Part shown: positions 1 through 13,320 of the stretch, piece after piece | How the letters are laid out: every line of letters begins with the position of its first letter | How positions within the stretch are numbered: position 1 is the first letter of the stretch | Source: Sminthopsis crassicaudata | Taxonomy: Eukaryota | NCBI RefSeq assembly: GCF_048593235.1 | Contig: NC_133620.1 | Span: 23,809,123-23,873,122 of the forward strand | Length of the DNA stretch: 64,000 nucleotides | Reading direction: 5' to 3' | Made by a program: the position numbers and the translations under genes | Notes under the pieces: generated by a model | The model's database searches: none | What the model was told of the DNA's origin: nothing | The model's input: the letters and a program-made list of their open reading frames with translations, nothing else

Positions 1-556
1 GGACTGTTGGGATTCAAGTCTCTTGGCAGAGGCGTGCCAGCCTGCACCAGCTCCCCTGGATTTAAATCCACTGACTGCCACGATCCATGGCAAATAGAGG
101 GTCAAGAGCGGGCCTGCTGTTCCCCAGGACAAGAGAAACAACGCTTCACAAGGAGATGGGTCTAGCTGTTCATACACCCCTAAATGGAGAACAACCTTCT
201 TGTCTAGATGAGAGGTGATGAGGAGCACTAACAAAGGCTGATCAAACCGCTTTAAGACAAAAGGGGGCAGGGAAACATTAGGAAAAAAAGAAGGGAAAGA
301 AACCATGGAGTGAAAGGCAGCAAGACCAAAGGTATTCCCCAGCCCACGCCCTGGCAGGAGGTCCGCCCCTATCTCTCAGAAAGACATTTCAAACACAGGA
401 AAGGATTTGCAAACACAATAGTTAACAGAGCCAATTGAAATGCAGTCTCAGAAGTTCTGATGTCTTGAGTTCTTGAAGTCTAGACAAGACATTCGCTTTT
501 CACTATTACTGTGCACTATTGGCCAAAGATAAAAAGAAAGAGACTTAAAGATTTGT

Positions 557-562
557 TTTATT
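557..562 (-). terminator. BTF3L4: BTF3L4 proximal polyadenylation signal (AATAAA on minus strand)
   Basis: Plus strand reads TTTATT about 350 nt downstream of the BTF3L4 stop codon. It sits at the end of a 3'UTR block that resembles my recollection of the human BTF3L4 3'UTR. Confidence 0.65.
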
Positions 563-910
563 TTCTACTGGGGGGCAGGGGGAGGATCGATAGAACTGTT
601 AGCCAATTTGCTCTCCACTGTACACCCCCCCACACGCTCGTACAACCACACACAACGCTCGCGCGCGCACACAAAAACCCTCAAAGCTGCACCGATACTT
701 CGTATTTTGACCAAAAGAGTAGATCCTGGGAGAAGTGCAAAATGCAAAATCAACTGACAGAAAAATGCTGAACAAACAGCATCATTAATATACAAAATAT
801 TTATATTACTGAACTATTAACAGGCGACGTTCTCTGTCGCTGTACAGCTCTGGAGCCACCCGCTCCTTTCTCCAACCTAGTCCATGCTGGCCGCCAAGAA
901 TCATTAGGCT

Positions 911-957
911 CTAGTTCGCTTCATTCTTTGATGCTTCATCAAAATTTTCTACGAGAT
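911..957 (-). CDS. BTF3L4: BTF3L4 last coding exon (DLVENFDEASKNEAN*)
   Basis: ttcag acceptor, 47 nt of CDS ending in TAG. Translation matches the BTF3L4/NAC-beta C-terminus and phase is consistent with the upstream exon. Confidence 0.97.
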
Positions 958-1154
958 CTGAAGAAAAGCAGAGGAAGAGAATCATCAATGGCTTCTGCCG
1001 TCCCCCTGGTAGCCACAGCAGCATCTGGCCTCTCCCCCAACCCCTGACCTCCCCTGCCTGAACTCAATCCCACCCAGGAAGATGGGACCCAGACACCAGC
1101 GGTCCAACTGCCCTGGTTTTCACAGGTGCACAGCTCTGTAAGGATGCCAGTTAT

Positions 1155-1442
1155 TCACCTATGCCCAGAGAGGGGGCCGTGGGGACCATATGGATCATAA
1201 CATAGGATTTTCACTCTTTTTGTTGCCGTTTGCTTGCACTTTTTCTTCTCATTTCTTTTTCCTTTTTGATCTGATTTTTCTTGTGCAATGTGAAATATGT
1301 ATAGAAGAACAGCGTATGTTTAACATATACTGGATTATTTGCTGTTCAGGGGAGGATGATGGGAGAATAAAAATTTGGAACATAAAGTTTTATAAGGGTG
1401 AGTGTTGAAAACTATCTCTGAGTGTATTTTGAGAATAAAAAG

Positions 1443-1471
<29 letters not shown>
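1155..1471 (+). mobile_element. 5'-truncated marsupial L1 3' end with poly(A) and target-site duplication
   Basis: L1 3'UTR-like sequence followed by AATAAA and a long A tail. Flanks are aaggatgccagttat (1140-1154) and aagaatgccagctat (1472-1486), matching at 13/15. Confidence 0.8.
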
Positions 1472-1476
<5 letters not shown>

Positions 1477-1935
1477 TGCCAGCTATCGCCATTGCCAATG
1501 CAAGTGGCCAACACAGTTCCAAAGACCATCTCTGGCGTGGAGTTCAGTATGTGAAATATGGGGCTGTATGTGTTTGAGTGAAGTTTTTTAGGATAACACA
1601 TCAAAGAAAGCTTCTTTTTTTCTTTTTAAACCTCAATGACTGGATTTTATCGGTACAGATGGATATTTTTCCTGTGGACAGACATCTCCTCCAAGGCTGA
1701 AAAGAAATCTCATCAGCTAGCAGACAGTTCCACCTTCACTATGTTAGGCCTCTGAACTCAGATAACCAATGCAGCCATTACGGGGCTCAGGGGAAGCACA
1801 CCTTAGGGGGCTCAAACAGTGCACCCCCAGTGTGCGGAAGAAGCAGAGGAAGCCACAGGGAGCCCAATCCTTGGCAGTGCCCGGCCGAGCTGTCAGGAGT
1901 CAAACCTACCAACCACACGGAAGGAAGAAACTCAC

Positions 1936-1995
1936 CTGGCACATCATCATCCTCTTCATCAATGTCTTCGGGCTTGGGTGTTTTGCTATCCAACA
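1936..1995 (-). CDS. BTF3L4: BTF3L4 coding exon (VLDSKTPKPEDIDEEDDDVP)
   Basis: 60 nt exon with ttcag acceptor and gtgag donor; translation matches BTF3L4. Confidence 0.97.
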
Positions 1996-2614
1996 CTGAA
2001 AAGAGTTTAAAAACATTGAAGCCACTGAGTATGTGCTTAAAAAACTCCAAACTCTCTTCCACCGTCCCCGCTCCATGTCTAAATGAATCTAAACATTTAC
2101 AGGAAAAGAAAGTGTCAAGGCGCTGACTGCCCATTTGAAGCTCAACACGAGAGCTTCCACTAGAAATCGGACAGAGACCAGTTCAAACACTGTCTCCGTT
2201 TCCTCATCTGTCAAATGAGGGAGTGGGCCTAGATGGGTCATTTCCAGTTCCAGCCAATGACTTTGGGACCAGGGACAGCTCTAAAGCAGAGCCAGTTTTT
2301 AAGTTTCTGCCCCAAAACTGAATCAACCAGGTGAGATGGGAGGACAAGAACAATCCCGTACCACTATGGGCCGAGAGGAAAAGCTCTCCCTTGGGCTGCC
2401 TTTACAAACAGAGTGGGAGGGCCAGGATCCTCGTTCCACAGCTTTTAAGTGACCTCTGCTTACTCTGAGAGTGTTGCTCCCAGTCAATAAAACTTATCTG
2501 CTCTCTGCATGCTATAACATCAATAAACCCTTCCTAATGGAGATGCTTTCCCATAAAGCCACAAAGTAAAATTACCCTAATTGGGGGGCTGGGGGTACAG
2601 CGGAAGGCACCTAC

Positions 2615-2816
2615 CTTGTCGTGGGAACTGTTCAGCTAACTTCCTAAGACTCGTTAAGCTGTCAGCACCAAGCTGGCTTAATATTCCAGGAAGCATTTCT
2701 GTGATTGGCTTTGCTTCTGCGTGGCCAGTGATTGCAAAGGTATTGGCAGAGAGGGAAGCCTGGACTTTGGGGTTGTTGAAATGAATAACCGTTCCATCAT
2801 CTTTAATCATGTTCAC
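2615..2816 (-). CDS. BTF3L4: BTF3L4 coding exon, NAC domain ([67 protein letters not shown])
   Basis: 202 nt exon with gcag acceptor and gtag donor. It lies inside ORF-track entry 2577..2930 and matches the NAC-beta domain. Confidence 0.98.
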
Positions 2817-5800
2817 CTGCCGGAACACAAGACACACAGAAAGTTCACAAGCGTCTCCCCACTTTCTTTCCAAGCAATTCAGCTGAACGGGACCTGGCTT
2901 GCAGGCCCCCCAAGCTGCACCTCTTCCCATCCTTCAGAGGGGGAATCTACTCTTAGAAATGAACCAGCACCACTCACCGCATGGGGAACAAGGCTGGTGA
3001 CCTCGAACCAGAGCAGCAAAGTTGCAGGCTCCCCACAGTCCTGGCCTTGTTTCTGCATGAATGCTTCACCAACTGCCCAGTGGGCATTCCTCCCAAGCCC
3101 TAGCTGGTGCAGGCACCCAAGCTCCCCAACGCAGTCAGCCCTCTGCTCCTCGTGTCCAACCAGGTGGTAGCTTCTCTCCCCTTCTCGCCACTCCCTCCCT
3201 CCCCATTACATGCCCTGCTTTCTTTCAAAGCCCATCCAAATGCCATGCTCTATACGAAACCTTTCCCTCGTTCTGTTGTCTTTACCCAAAAAACCCTCAG
3301 CCTGATTTTGTACATCCTCCTATGTATCTATAGAATGTAAATCCATCAGGTAAATCTTTGGATGATTTAAATCATTTTTGTCTTGGTACCCCTGTCCCTG
3401 TCCCAGCATTTGGCACACAACTGGTACTCAATAACAAATCGCTGACAGATAAGGACAGTCATCCTTTCATGCCCTTCATCGCGGCTGCTCCCCCCATCAA
3501 GAGCTGGCAGTCTAAGACCACCAGGTTTTTCTATTGAAGGCCACAGCCAGGCCTCTTCAACCCTCGAAGATCACAGGATCTCACTCACTTGAGTCAGAAA
3601 GCCTAAATCCTTAAATACCACGATTGGGGATGTTAGAAACCACAGGCCAAGAGAGGGCGAATTTAGGGTGTTTGCCAGCTCTGGCATCTGCCACAAGTTA
3701 CTCATCCCTGCAGCTCCGCCATGATAGCACCCTACCTCCCACACCCAAAACAAAGCCAACCAGCAGTTCAGAGCTGGAAGGGCCCCTGATGGTCATCACG
3801 TCCAACACTCTCATTTTGGATGGGAAAATGGCAGCAGAAGTTACGTGACTCCCCAGGGGTCACATGGCTAGTGAGGACTGGGGGCAGGATCTGAATCTTG
3901 CTCTTCTCAGCTCAGCTTCTCCTCTCCCTGTACCCTAATGTATCAGCTTCCTGACTCCAAGCAGCCAGAAGGAAACTAAGAATCTGATCCAAAGGAAAAC
4001 ACGTGGAGGGACTTAAATCCCAGGATCTGATCAGGGGACGAGGTCCCCATCTCCAGGGCGCCTTGGCCCACTTCACTACCACAACATTCTTCAGATTGCC
4101 CCTCCCTTCTGCTATTGTTTTTGTAGAGCTAAGTGACCAGACTAAATACTCAACACTCCCAGGATGCCACGCTGCATCTGTACCTGCTCTCATTGAGGCT
4201 GATTCCGAATGGTCACGTGTGCACACAGGTGGGATTCTCTAAGTTCATGATCTGACTTTACAGATGCCAGCAGTGGGCCTCTCTGCTTGGGAACCCTTTC
4301 CTCTCTGGTGCCCCCCTCCCCCTCCCCGCTATCACTGTCCCACACTTCTCATCTTGTCCCATGCCAGCACTTGTGCTGAGGGTTGGGGGGGATGGGATTT
4401 AGGGGCTGCCTCTCAAGTCTCAGCCAGGCCAGCCTAGTCCTGCTGCAACAGACCCTGGCCCAGGCCAGAGGAGCACCCACTAGGCACTCCCACTAGGATG
4501 CTGAGCTGCCACTATGAGTTAATTTTTTTCCACAGGGAAGACTGGGTGTAGCCAAAGCCCAGAGTGCTCTAGCAACACATGAGGCCAAGCATTCCTTCAC
4601 TTCCGTAATGCCCTGGAGTCCCTCAAGGCAGAAATGCCAGCCCTCCCACAAGGATGAGCACGCCTCCGCCCAACAGCTCGGCAGATGGTCCCGGATGGAG
4701 TCTGAAAAAGCCTCCCCTCCGAGGCCAACCTGGCGACAGGCTTTTTAGGGCATTAGGCCCATTCCCCAGAGCCCAGGGCTGAAACCGCTTTCACAGTGGT
4801 AGAGCCGGCTAGAGTTGGGACCTTTACGATCCTGGAGTCCTTGTCACAGCAAGATGAAGCACGTGGGAGGCCCTTGGGAGGACACAGGGGGCCCACATGG
4901 TGGGCCACACTGGAATTTAGGTTGGTCTAGGAATTAACTTTTTATACACTATTTCTATGGGGAAACTCTCCAAATTTCAAATAAGAGACTTTTAATCCAA
5001 CAGTAACTGCTCAGAACTTATTGTGGGTGGAGCCCAGTATTAAGTCCTAAGGGTGATATAAAAAGTCCAAGGGGCCACTGCCCCATGCATGCAGTTTGTG
5101 GATGGGAGAGAGAACAAGATTGGTTGTTAAAACACACATGAAGACAGGAGACGAGCAGGAGAGAGATGGGACACAAAGCGTTAGCCAAGTCCAGAAGGGG
5201 CCCCTGCTGACCAGCAGCTTCTGACAAAACTCCTCAGAGAGCCGCCCCCAACTGGGAGGGTTTGTTCCAGGACCTCGGCCTGGGAGTTTACAAGCAAAGC
5301 CACTGGACTCCAGGGGCAAAGCCCTGTCTGCACTCTGTCTCACTGCCTTCTTCTAACCCCTCCCACTTCCGTGTATCTGGGAGCACTCTAACCCAGTCCA
5401 GGGAGACCTGCAAAGTGGTACGCTGGAGAGAGAAACACATCTAGAGTCAAGAAGTTCAAATCCTGTCTCTGAAACTTCCCAGTGCCGTGAACCTGGAAAA
5501 CTCTTCACCTGTCTGCCTCACTCTAATACTAACTGTTGGCAGGCACTGGGAAGTTCCAATGAGAGCTCCTTTGGAAAGTGCTCGGTGGGGTGTCTGCACA
5601 TAGTAGGTGTTTGATAAAACATTTGCTCCCTGCCTTTTCTCAGTTTGCCACTAGCTTCAAAGATGAAGAAGGCAAACCTAAAGGCAGAATCTGTCTCACT
5701 CTGCTCTTGTGAGGGTCAGAGGGCTTTTCTTCTCAACTCTTTAAACAGGAAAATGAAATGCCCACAGGCCAGGGGAGGACAGACGAGTGGCAGGGGAGGA

Positions 5801-6419
5801 TGCTGCATGGTCTTGGGAACCAGTTCCTCCCCAGGCCACCAGTGCTAACACTCCAACATCTAGCGCAGAATCCAGAAAACGCTCTCCCATTCTTTGTTCC
5901 ATACCCAACTGAAAGTTTCTGCCACTCCCAAGTTTAATCCTGGCAAAAACTACTGAAATGCTTGGTCCTTGAGTGGCCAGTCCTACGGCTCCTGTTAGAA
6001 CCCCTTCCAAAGTCTGACTGAGAGGGGCTCCCAGGAGGCGGCTGTAGCCTATCCCTCCACAGAGGCCCAGCGGGCCTGACTCAGGAAGACCTTCAACATG
6101 GCCACAATGCTGCTCAGGCCCTGAAGAAAGCATTCTATCACGTGAAAGACAGGTTATTTTCTCTAGGTCCTGGGAGGGTACAGATGTGGCAAGGACTGGC
6201 AGGTTAGGATATCCCTACATGGGAACATCCGTTTTCAAATTAGCAAGAGCATCAGTGACTCTGGAAATGTGCAGAGAAGCAAATCAAGTCTGCTGTTTAT
6301 GGCCAACACGCTGGTCAACTCAAGACCAACTGGGTCTATGAATAAAACTTCTCAAAGTGGCAAGTTCTAATAGTATATGCATGTGTACATGGATGAGCAG
6401 GGACTTGTGATGGGCTAAA

Positions 6420-6806
6420 CCTGCCTGAATGGCAAGAGACTTGTGATACAAAGTGCCATCTGTGTCCAGAGAGAGAATTATGGAGAATGAATATGGATCA
6501 AAGCATAGTATTTTCACTTTTTTGTTGTTGGTTTTTTGCCCCCCTCCCCCCCCGATCTGATTTTTCTTGCTCAGCATGGCAAATATGGAAATATGTTTAG
6601 AAGAACTGTACATGTTTAACCTAGATTGGATTGGGGAATGGGGAGAGGGAGAGAAAAATTTAGAACACAAGGTTTTACAAAGGTGAATGTTGAAAACTGC
6701 CTTTGCATGTATTTAGAAAAAAAAAATACTATTTAAAATTTGTTTATTTATTTAAAATACTATTTAATTTAAATTTAATTTTATTTAAAATACTATTAAA
6801 AAAAAA
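6420..6806 (+). mobile_element. L1 3'UTR fragment with AT-rich tail
   Basis: Similar to the other L1 3' ends in the window (ttaacctagattggattggggaatggggagagg...gttgaaaactgcctttgcatg), followed by an A/T-rich tail. Left boundary approximate. Confidence 0.7.
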
Positions 6807-7131
6807 AACCCCAAACCCTGCCTGCCATTGAATCAAACCTCTTCTCTTCAAGAAGGCAGCAGTTTGTAATTTGGGACAATTTCCCATTGTCCTTCTCCAT
6901 GCATTCATATTTTCATTGAGTACATGAGTTATTTGCGATAGTGCCATTTTTACCCGTGGTTTAAATTTCCATCTGGAGCTGCCCTTCAGAAGTCTGCTGG
7001 GACCAGATATACCGACACCAAGGACAGTTAAACAAAACAATGACTTCCCATAGCAGTTCCAAGTCCTTGGAAAAGGCCAGGGACTCAGAAAAGTCAAAAC
7101 CACCTTAGCTATTGCAGCCCCATGACCTTAC

Positions 7132-7245
7132 CTCTTCAATACCAGCAATATTATTCACAGCCAACTTTTTGAGAGAACTCTGAAGTTTCTTGTCATCTGC
7201 TGTGGCCGTTCTGTGTACGACCTTCTTCTTTCTACGCGCCGTGCC
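7132..7245 (-). CDS. BTF3L4: BTF3L4 coding exon ([38 protein letters not shown])
   Basis: 114 nt exon with cttag acceptor and gtaag donor; translation matches the BTF3 family. Confidence 0.97.
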
Positions 7246-10200
7246 CTAAGAGAACCAGACAAAGGAAAAAGCCTCAGTCAGCAGAGCCACGATCGGGCGG
7301 CCACAGTCCCAGACACTCCCACGCTCGCATCGTCTCACTGCTCCCAGGAAGGAAGCCGGCAACTCTCATGCTCTGCTCTCGGGGGCCTGTTTTCTACAGT
7401 TCAGATATGAACCACCTTACCCAGCTGCCAAATGGGACCATTTCAATGAGTTTTTAAAAACATGCGCCTCCTGGATAACTCAGCAACCTTTCAAGTAACG
7501 TCTGCTCCAACTCCAACGCCGTCTTGAATTAGGTTAGCCAGTTCTAGAAGCCAGATGACTCAAAGGTCACTGCTCAAATGACTTTTTGATCTCACCAAGG
7601 TGGGTAGTTCTTCCAGTAGTAGAGATTACCACCCATCCAAGCCATGAAGACAGATTCCTAAATTGCTCCCCACTTATGTGTCTTCCCCTACATTACTTTC
7701 CTATATGTACCTACATACTTAATATGAAGGGCAAAATCTTTCTAAACATAACAGAGTTTTAGAAATTGGGAGCTAATACAGACGACTTTAAAAGTCATTA
7801 TACGTCAACGCCATCATTAAAAATGGATACCTGTTAAATGCCAGTGTAAAATAAACAAAAAATGAAATGCCTACATTATACCGGGCCATATTAAAAAGGG
7901 GATCATCATTAAACAGCTCCCAACTTAATAGAGTGAGCCGCAACCATGAATTTCAAGGTCCCTCCTGGAATGCTGATGTCGTTCAGCTCAACCACAATAG
8001 TCAACTTACCCAATAATGTAACTCAAATCCAACTAACAGCAGCCCAAGCCAAGAGATTTATTTAATTAAGCTCTTAAATAGCAAAAAGGCAGAGGCCTGA
8101 CCACCAGCAGGCATCTTGAGGTCACTGCGTGTAAGCGGAGGCTTCTCTTTATAGGCAGCAGGTCCCTCACAGGCCTAACATCACATGTGGAGCAGAAATT
8201 GCTCCTTCTTCAGCTCCTTTTACAGATGAACAAACTGAGGCAAACAGAGTGACTTGCCCAGGATTACAGAATGTGTCTTGAGTTCAAATCTGATTTAAGG
8301 AGGAGGAGTGTTTATGACTCCAGACCTGGAACTCTCTCCACTGGACCTGAGCTGCCCCTGACAAGTGGCCGGCCATATTAGCTTCCTGCCTTTCCTACGA
8401 AGGGTTCCCTGGCAGTGATGTGTCAGTAAAAATTTAACTCCCAGTAATATACTTTCAGTTTCACATGCCATTACTATTGACATTTTCTTCCTCACTTTCT
8501 TAAGTCTAGATAATCTACAAGACAACAAACCCAGCCCCGATTGGAGCCTCTGCTGATTTCTGAGAAGTGTTCCCACTGAAAATTATACCACCAGCTCTCC
8601 AGTTTGATGGGGGACCCTGGCTTCCTCCCACAGAATCTCTATATCATCCATACCATAGCATTTCGATTATGAATCAACTGTAGATTGCCTTTTGGTATTA
8701 TAAAATTACAAGATATATCCCTTAGCCATTAGATAAGAAAAGAACATCCTAATACTGAGGTCCGAGAAGGCCCTTAGAAAAAGAGGAAGGAAAAACCAAT
8801 AGCTGGTAGAACAGACTGGGAAAAGATTCCCCTCCTTCCCCCTGCCCCAGTAACTGTACTGGATGTTTTCATATATTTGTTTTTTGATGGAATCATCACT
8901 TAATAAGCATTTATTAAGCTCTGCTATTTCCCAGGCCCTGTGCGAGGGGATGCAAGCACAAGAAGGTGAAAGAATTAATACTGACAAGAAACAAGGACTT
9001 GGAGCAGTAATGTCCGTGGAGACTGGTGCCAGGTTGGAAAGGACTCTGAAGTTCAGACTGGAGTCCGGAGGCAATAGAAACCTGACTGAGGCGGAGGATC
9101 CCATGCCTTGCTCTTCCTTTGCCTGCCGAAGGGCATGGTGGGGGTCTGGGCGGCTGCTAGGACAAGTTCATTCTGTCTGTCTCTGGGGGCTGGCACAAAG
9201 TAGACCTTGATAAATGCTAGCAGCTGAAAGGATCAGACTTTAGCTTGGACCCTTCTTCCTGGCTCTCATCTGTCCCCTCCCTTTTTATTATTATTAGCAG
9301 TAGTAGCATGCACCCATTGCTGATTTCTCCCTTTCCACATCCTCATCTGCCAGGGGACAGAGGAGCAGACAAGCACGGTCCCTGAGGGGCTCAGGCCTGT
9401 CACACTTTCTCTTCTAACCCAAACCCAAACTCCAGCTTCCTTCCAAGCTTCTCCTCCTATGGACCCAGCTCTAGGCTCATTGTCTCCCCATGGGTCAGAG
9501 CCGTGAAGGCAGAAAGCCTCCCCCTTTCTCTGAAACCCTGTGATAAGCAATGGTGAACGCCGGCTGCTGCTCAGGCTGGCAAGAGGCTCTCCATGGCTAA
9601 GGAGCACTCGCTTCCCTGCCTGGCAGGACTTCCCTGCCCAGACCTGGCATCCAGCAGGTGAACTTCCACCTTCCCCAACTCCCAGCACCAGGATTCCCTC
9701 AGTAAGTGCCCCCTGTGTGCCCGGCAGCGTGCTAAGCCTAAGGCTAAGAGGGCTAAAGTGAAAAGCCCCTGCTCTTGTTACCTTCTAACGTGGGGGGAGG
9801 CGACAGCGGACACATGGCGCACAGAGAGCGACCGACAGGAGCATGACGTAGTCTGGGTGGGAGAACAGGAACCGCCATGGAGGGGGAGGCTTCACACGGA
9901 AGCTGCTGCTCGGGCTGAACTCTGCCCAAAGGCAGAGGTGAGAGGTGAAAGGTGAGGAAACAACGAAAAAAGCGCAGAGATGGGAGATGGGCCATTTGGC
10001 GTGAGAAATGGGAGCAAACAGACCATTTGGGAAGAGCAATAAGGTTAAAAGAGAAGCTTCTATCTAAACCCATTGCTTACTTCTAGTTTCCCAGGTGGCT
10101 CTGAACAGATGACTTCTAGAAGAGAGATGTCACAACACTGAGTCCTAATGAGACAACTGTCCCTTGTCCCTGAGGAGTCAGTCCCAGAGGCCCTGAGAGG

Positions 10201-10488
10201 GAGGGGCTAGGAAGCTCAATCAGAGGCTCCTTCCCAGGCCAGTGAGGAGTCCTGTCTGTCCACAACACCTGGCAGTTGTGGGCCCCTGGTTTAATGGGAA
10301 TGTCTGGTCAGTGCCCCCCTCCCCCCCGCCACTGCTGCCCAGAACATGGGCTCAAATTCTGGTCTTGCCCTTTAACCTACACTAAGGGACAAACCCTTCA
10401 CCTCTGGAGCTCAGTCTCCCGCAAGGACAACGAGATGTCAGCTGGAAGCAGCCTTCCTCCTCCATCCTTTACGGCCTCAGGTACTCAC

Positions 10489-10542
10489 CTTGCCTCCTAT
10501 CCGGACCTGAGCCTGAAGCTTGGCTAGCTTCTCCTGATTCAT
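10489..10542 (-). CDS. BTF3L4: BTF3L4 first coding exon (MNQEKLAKLQAQVRIGGK); exon extends to 10555 with 13 nt of 5'UTR
   Basis: ATG at 10542 in context gacagcATG, ttccag acceptor and gtgagt donor. The five coding exons total 477 nt, i.e. 158 aa plus stop. Confidence 0.97.
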
Positions 10543-11639
10543 GCTGTCAGCAGATCTGGAAGAGAAGCAGACCTTTCAAGTCTCTGGCAAGGGTCAGAGC
10601 AAACCCACTCCCAGCCCACGGGCCCCCGCTCCAACAGGGGCTACCCCAAGCTGCTCAGGCTGACTGGATGCCCGAGAACTGGCTTGGGTGAAGTGGGGAG
10701 AGGCTTCGGGAAGGAGCCCACTTGCCGACCAACCGACTGTGGCCATTCCTGACACCCATCTACTAGGGGACGGAAGTCAGGGGCCCCAGCGGTCAAAGGG
10801 AGACCTTCAAAACTAACTTCCTGACCATTGCACATAGTAAAGGACAGAGATTAAAATGATCCTGAAAAGGAGTTCTAGATGCAGAAAAGAGCCAGAATGG
10901 CCAGGAAAGTCACCAATTCTGAGGTACCTCCTCAGAAAAACCATTTCCTTCTCTGACTTCAATGAGGAAATAATTTTTTTTTTTTTTTTTTTTTAATATA
11001 GCTAGCTATATAAATAGCTAGCTGCTGCTGGTGTTTAAGCAAGGACTTTTTAAACAGAGCTGACATCTATGGCAGAATACATTGATAAAGAAAAATCTAA
11101 AAACAGACCACATTCTCAAACTCTCCTGACTCCATTTCAAAAGACCGTCCACGGAAACACAAAAGGCAGCCGGGCCCAGATCCGATGCAATGAATGGCTA
11201 GATCTTCAAGCCTTCAAAGATGTGAACCCAAAATAAGGACATCTTTGTCCAAGACGAGATGATGAAGTATCAGTGAGAGGGCGAGGGAGGCCCAAAGCCT
11301 CCAGAAAGCCACAAAGTTCTCTCAATGCCTCCTCCACAGGCTCATTAATTTCTGGTATCCACAGCACTTTCTCCCACAATATCTTCTTTGATCCTATCTC
11401 CACACTACTGGGTAGATTATGGAGGAACACGCTGTCACTACAAAAGTACGTGTCATTCTCTACTGGTTCTCAGCCCTTTTTTTTAACCTTTTAAGGCACA
11501 AAAGGAGGCAGCCAATCAGCTGCCCCACTGGCTCACCCCCAAAGGTACCCCCAGTTATCGGGGTGCTCCTTTCTCACATGACCTTGGATCGAGCAGAACA
11601 TCCAAGACCAGCATTAACTTCATCCTTAGGTTCCTGCGG

Positions 11640-13320
11640 CCTATAACAGTGCTCTGCATATGATTAACAAGAGGCACCAGGGAATAGAGATAAAAATGCA
11701 ATTGTTTCTGCCCTCCCCAGCTTATGTCCTATCAAGGAAGCCATAATGTATGCAGCTAGATAGCCACAAAAACCACAAGATGGAGGGGGCCCTAGGCAGG
11801 AAAGTGGGTTTTTTAAGGAGGCACAACCAGTGCTAGGCGCTGGCACAGACTGGGGAGACGCCCGCCAGGTGGGTGACAATTTGGCAGCGTGGTTAAGTGT
11901 GTATGTCAGCAGGGCAGGTTAGGTCTGCTTTAAGGCTAAGCTGAGCAGTTCTGCCTTTACTGAGTACAGGAGACTGGATCAGACTGTGTCGGGTGAGAGA
12001 TGATGAGGGCTGGGGCACAGGAGAGAAAGGTCAAGAGATAGAAATGACAAGACCTGGCAACGACTAAATATGGGAATGAGAACAGAGTCAGGGAGGCTTT
12101 GGTCTAGTCCTGGGAGGGCGGTGGGGCTGCTGGGAGAATAGGGAAATTTGGAGGGGAAAATCCAAATGGAGGCTGAGATGCCCATGGGACACCCAGCTGG
12201 TGCTATGGGCCTGGGGCCTGGAGATCCTGGATGGATCCTGAGATTTGGGAGACAGGTGCAGAGATAGACCAACGCTGACATGGTCACCAAGTGAGAGGGG
12301 CTATAGAAAGAGCTTTGGGACATGTCCACAGTTTGGGGGGAACGACATGGGGGAGGACCAGCAAAGGAGGTGAAGGAACCAAGGGAGGGGAGAGTCCCCC
12401 GTGTGGTCCACCGTGCTTGGCCCTGGGGAGCAGAGGGGGCAAGTGTGACATGCCTGAGGAAGAGAGCTTGTCACTGACCTCTGGTGCCTTTGGAGAGAAC
12501 CTTCAGCTGAATGATGGAGTAAGAAGGGGGCAAGGAGTGATCCGTCACAGGGAGCCTACAAGTGCAGACAGCTCTTCTGTAGAGTCTGGCCAGGAAGGAG
12601 ACGGATCCAGGCCAGTAACTGGAGGCAATCACTGACGACAGTATGCTAAGTCTGGGGGAGACTTGGATGCAGTTGTAAGCAACAAGGAAGGACTTAGAGA
12701 TGCAGAGACAGTGACTAAGAGAAAAAGGGGATGTTCAGATCAGGGGGGAAAGCTAGAAGAAGGACTGAAAATCACGCCCTCTTCAATACCTGAAGTAAAA
12801 AATGAAGGATGAGATCAGGGGATTCTGGGACGCAGAGAAAAGAAGCTCATAACAAATGAGCTCTACTTGTTCAATAAAGCCTGGTTTCCTTATCTGGGAG
12901 AGTAATCGGTGCTGGTGGGGGAGGCTTGGAAGGGAGGTCAGAACAGCCTCTGTGGGGAGGATTGCCTTGTGGCAGGGAGGGCCCAGGTGAGAGCAGTCAG
13001 CCAATAAGCACATCCGTGCTTGGGGAGAGGCAGAGTTAAGTAGTTACAAAGTCCTAGGGACTAAGCTAATAGACACAAAGAAAAAGCAAAAACAGTCCGA
13101 GACAACAGTAAATCTCTAGACCCAAGGCAATGCAGACACAGAGGAAAGTGTATGAGGGCCCCAAAAAGGCCTCTGGTAGAAGCTGAGATTTTAGCTGATT
13201 CCTGAAGAAGGTCAGAGAAGCTGCCAGGTGCAGCTGCCACAAGAGGAGGGGGCGCAGCGTTTCAGGAATGGGGGCAGTGAGGGCAAAAGTGGGAGATGGA
13301 GACGTGCTGTTGTCGTAGCA
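11640..13320 (-). mobile_element. Decayed L2 LINE fragments
   Basis: Purine-rich degenerate sequence typical of antisense L2 (gagagatgatgagggc, tggcaacgactaaatatggg, tcagctgaatgatggag). Boundaries approximate. Confidence 0.5.

Noticed and set aside
4705-4746. AAAAAGCCT...AGGCTTTTT inverted repeat resembling a terminator hairpin
   Set aside because: A 9-bp stem with a 24-nt spacer is plausible by chance in 64 kb, and there is no Pol III promoter or ncRNA context.
10996-11011. 16-bp perfect palindrome ATATAGCTAGCTATAT
   Set aside because: It is low-complexity sequence next to a poly(T) tract and most likely a slippage product.
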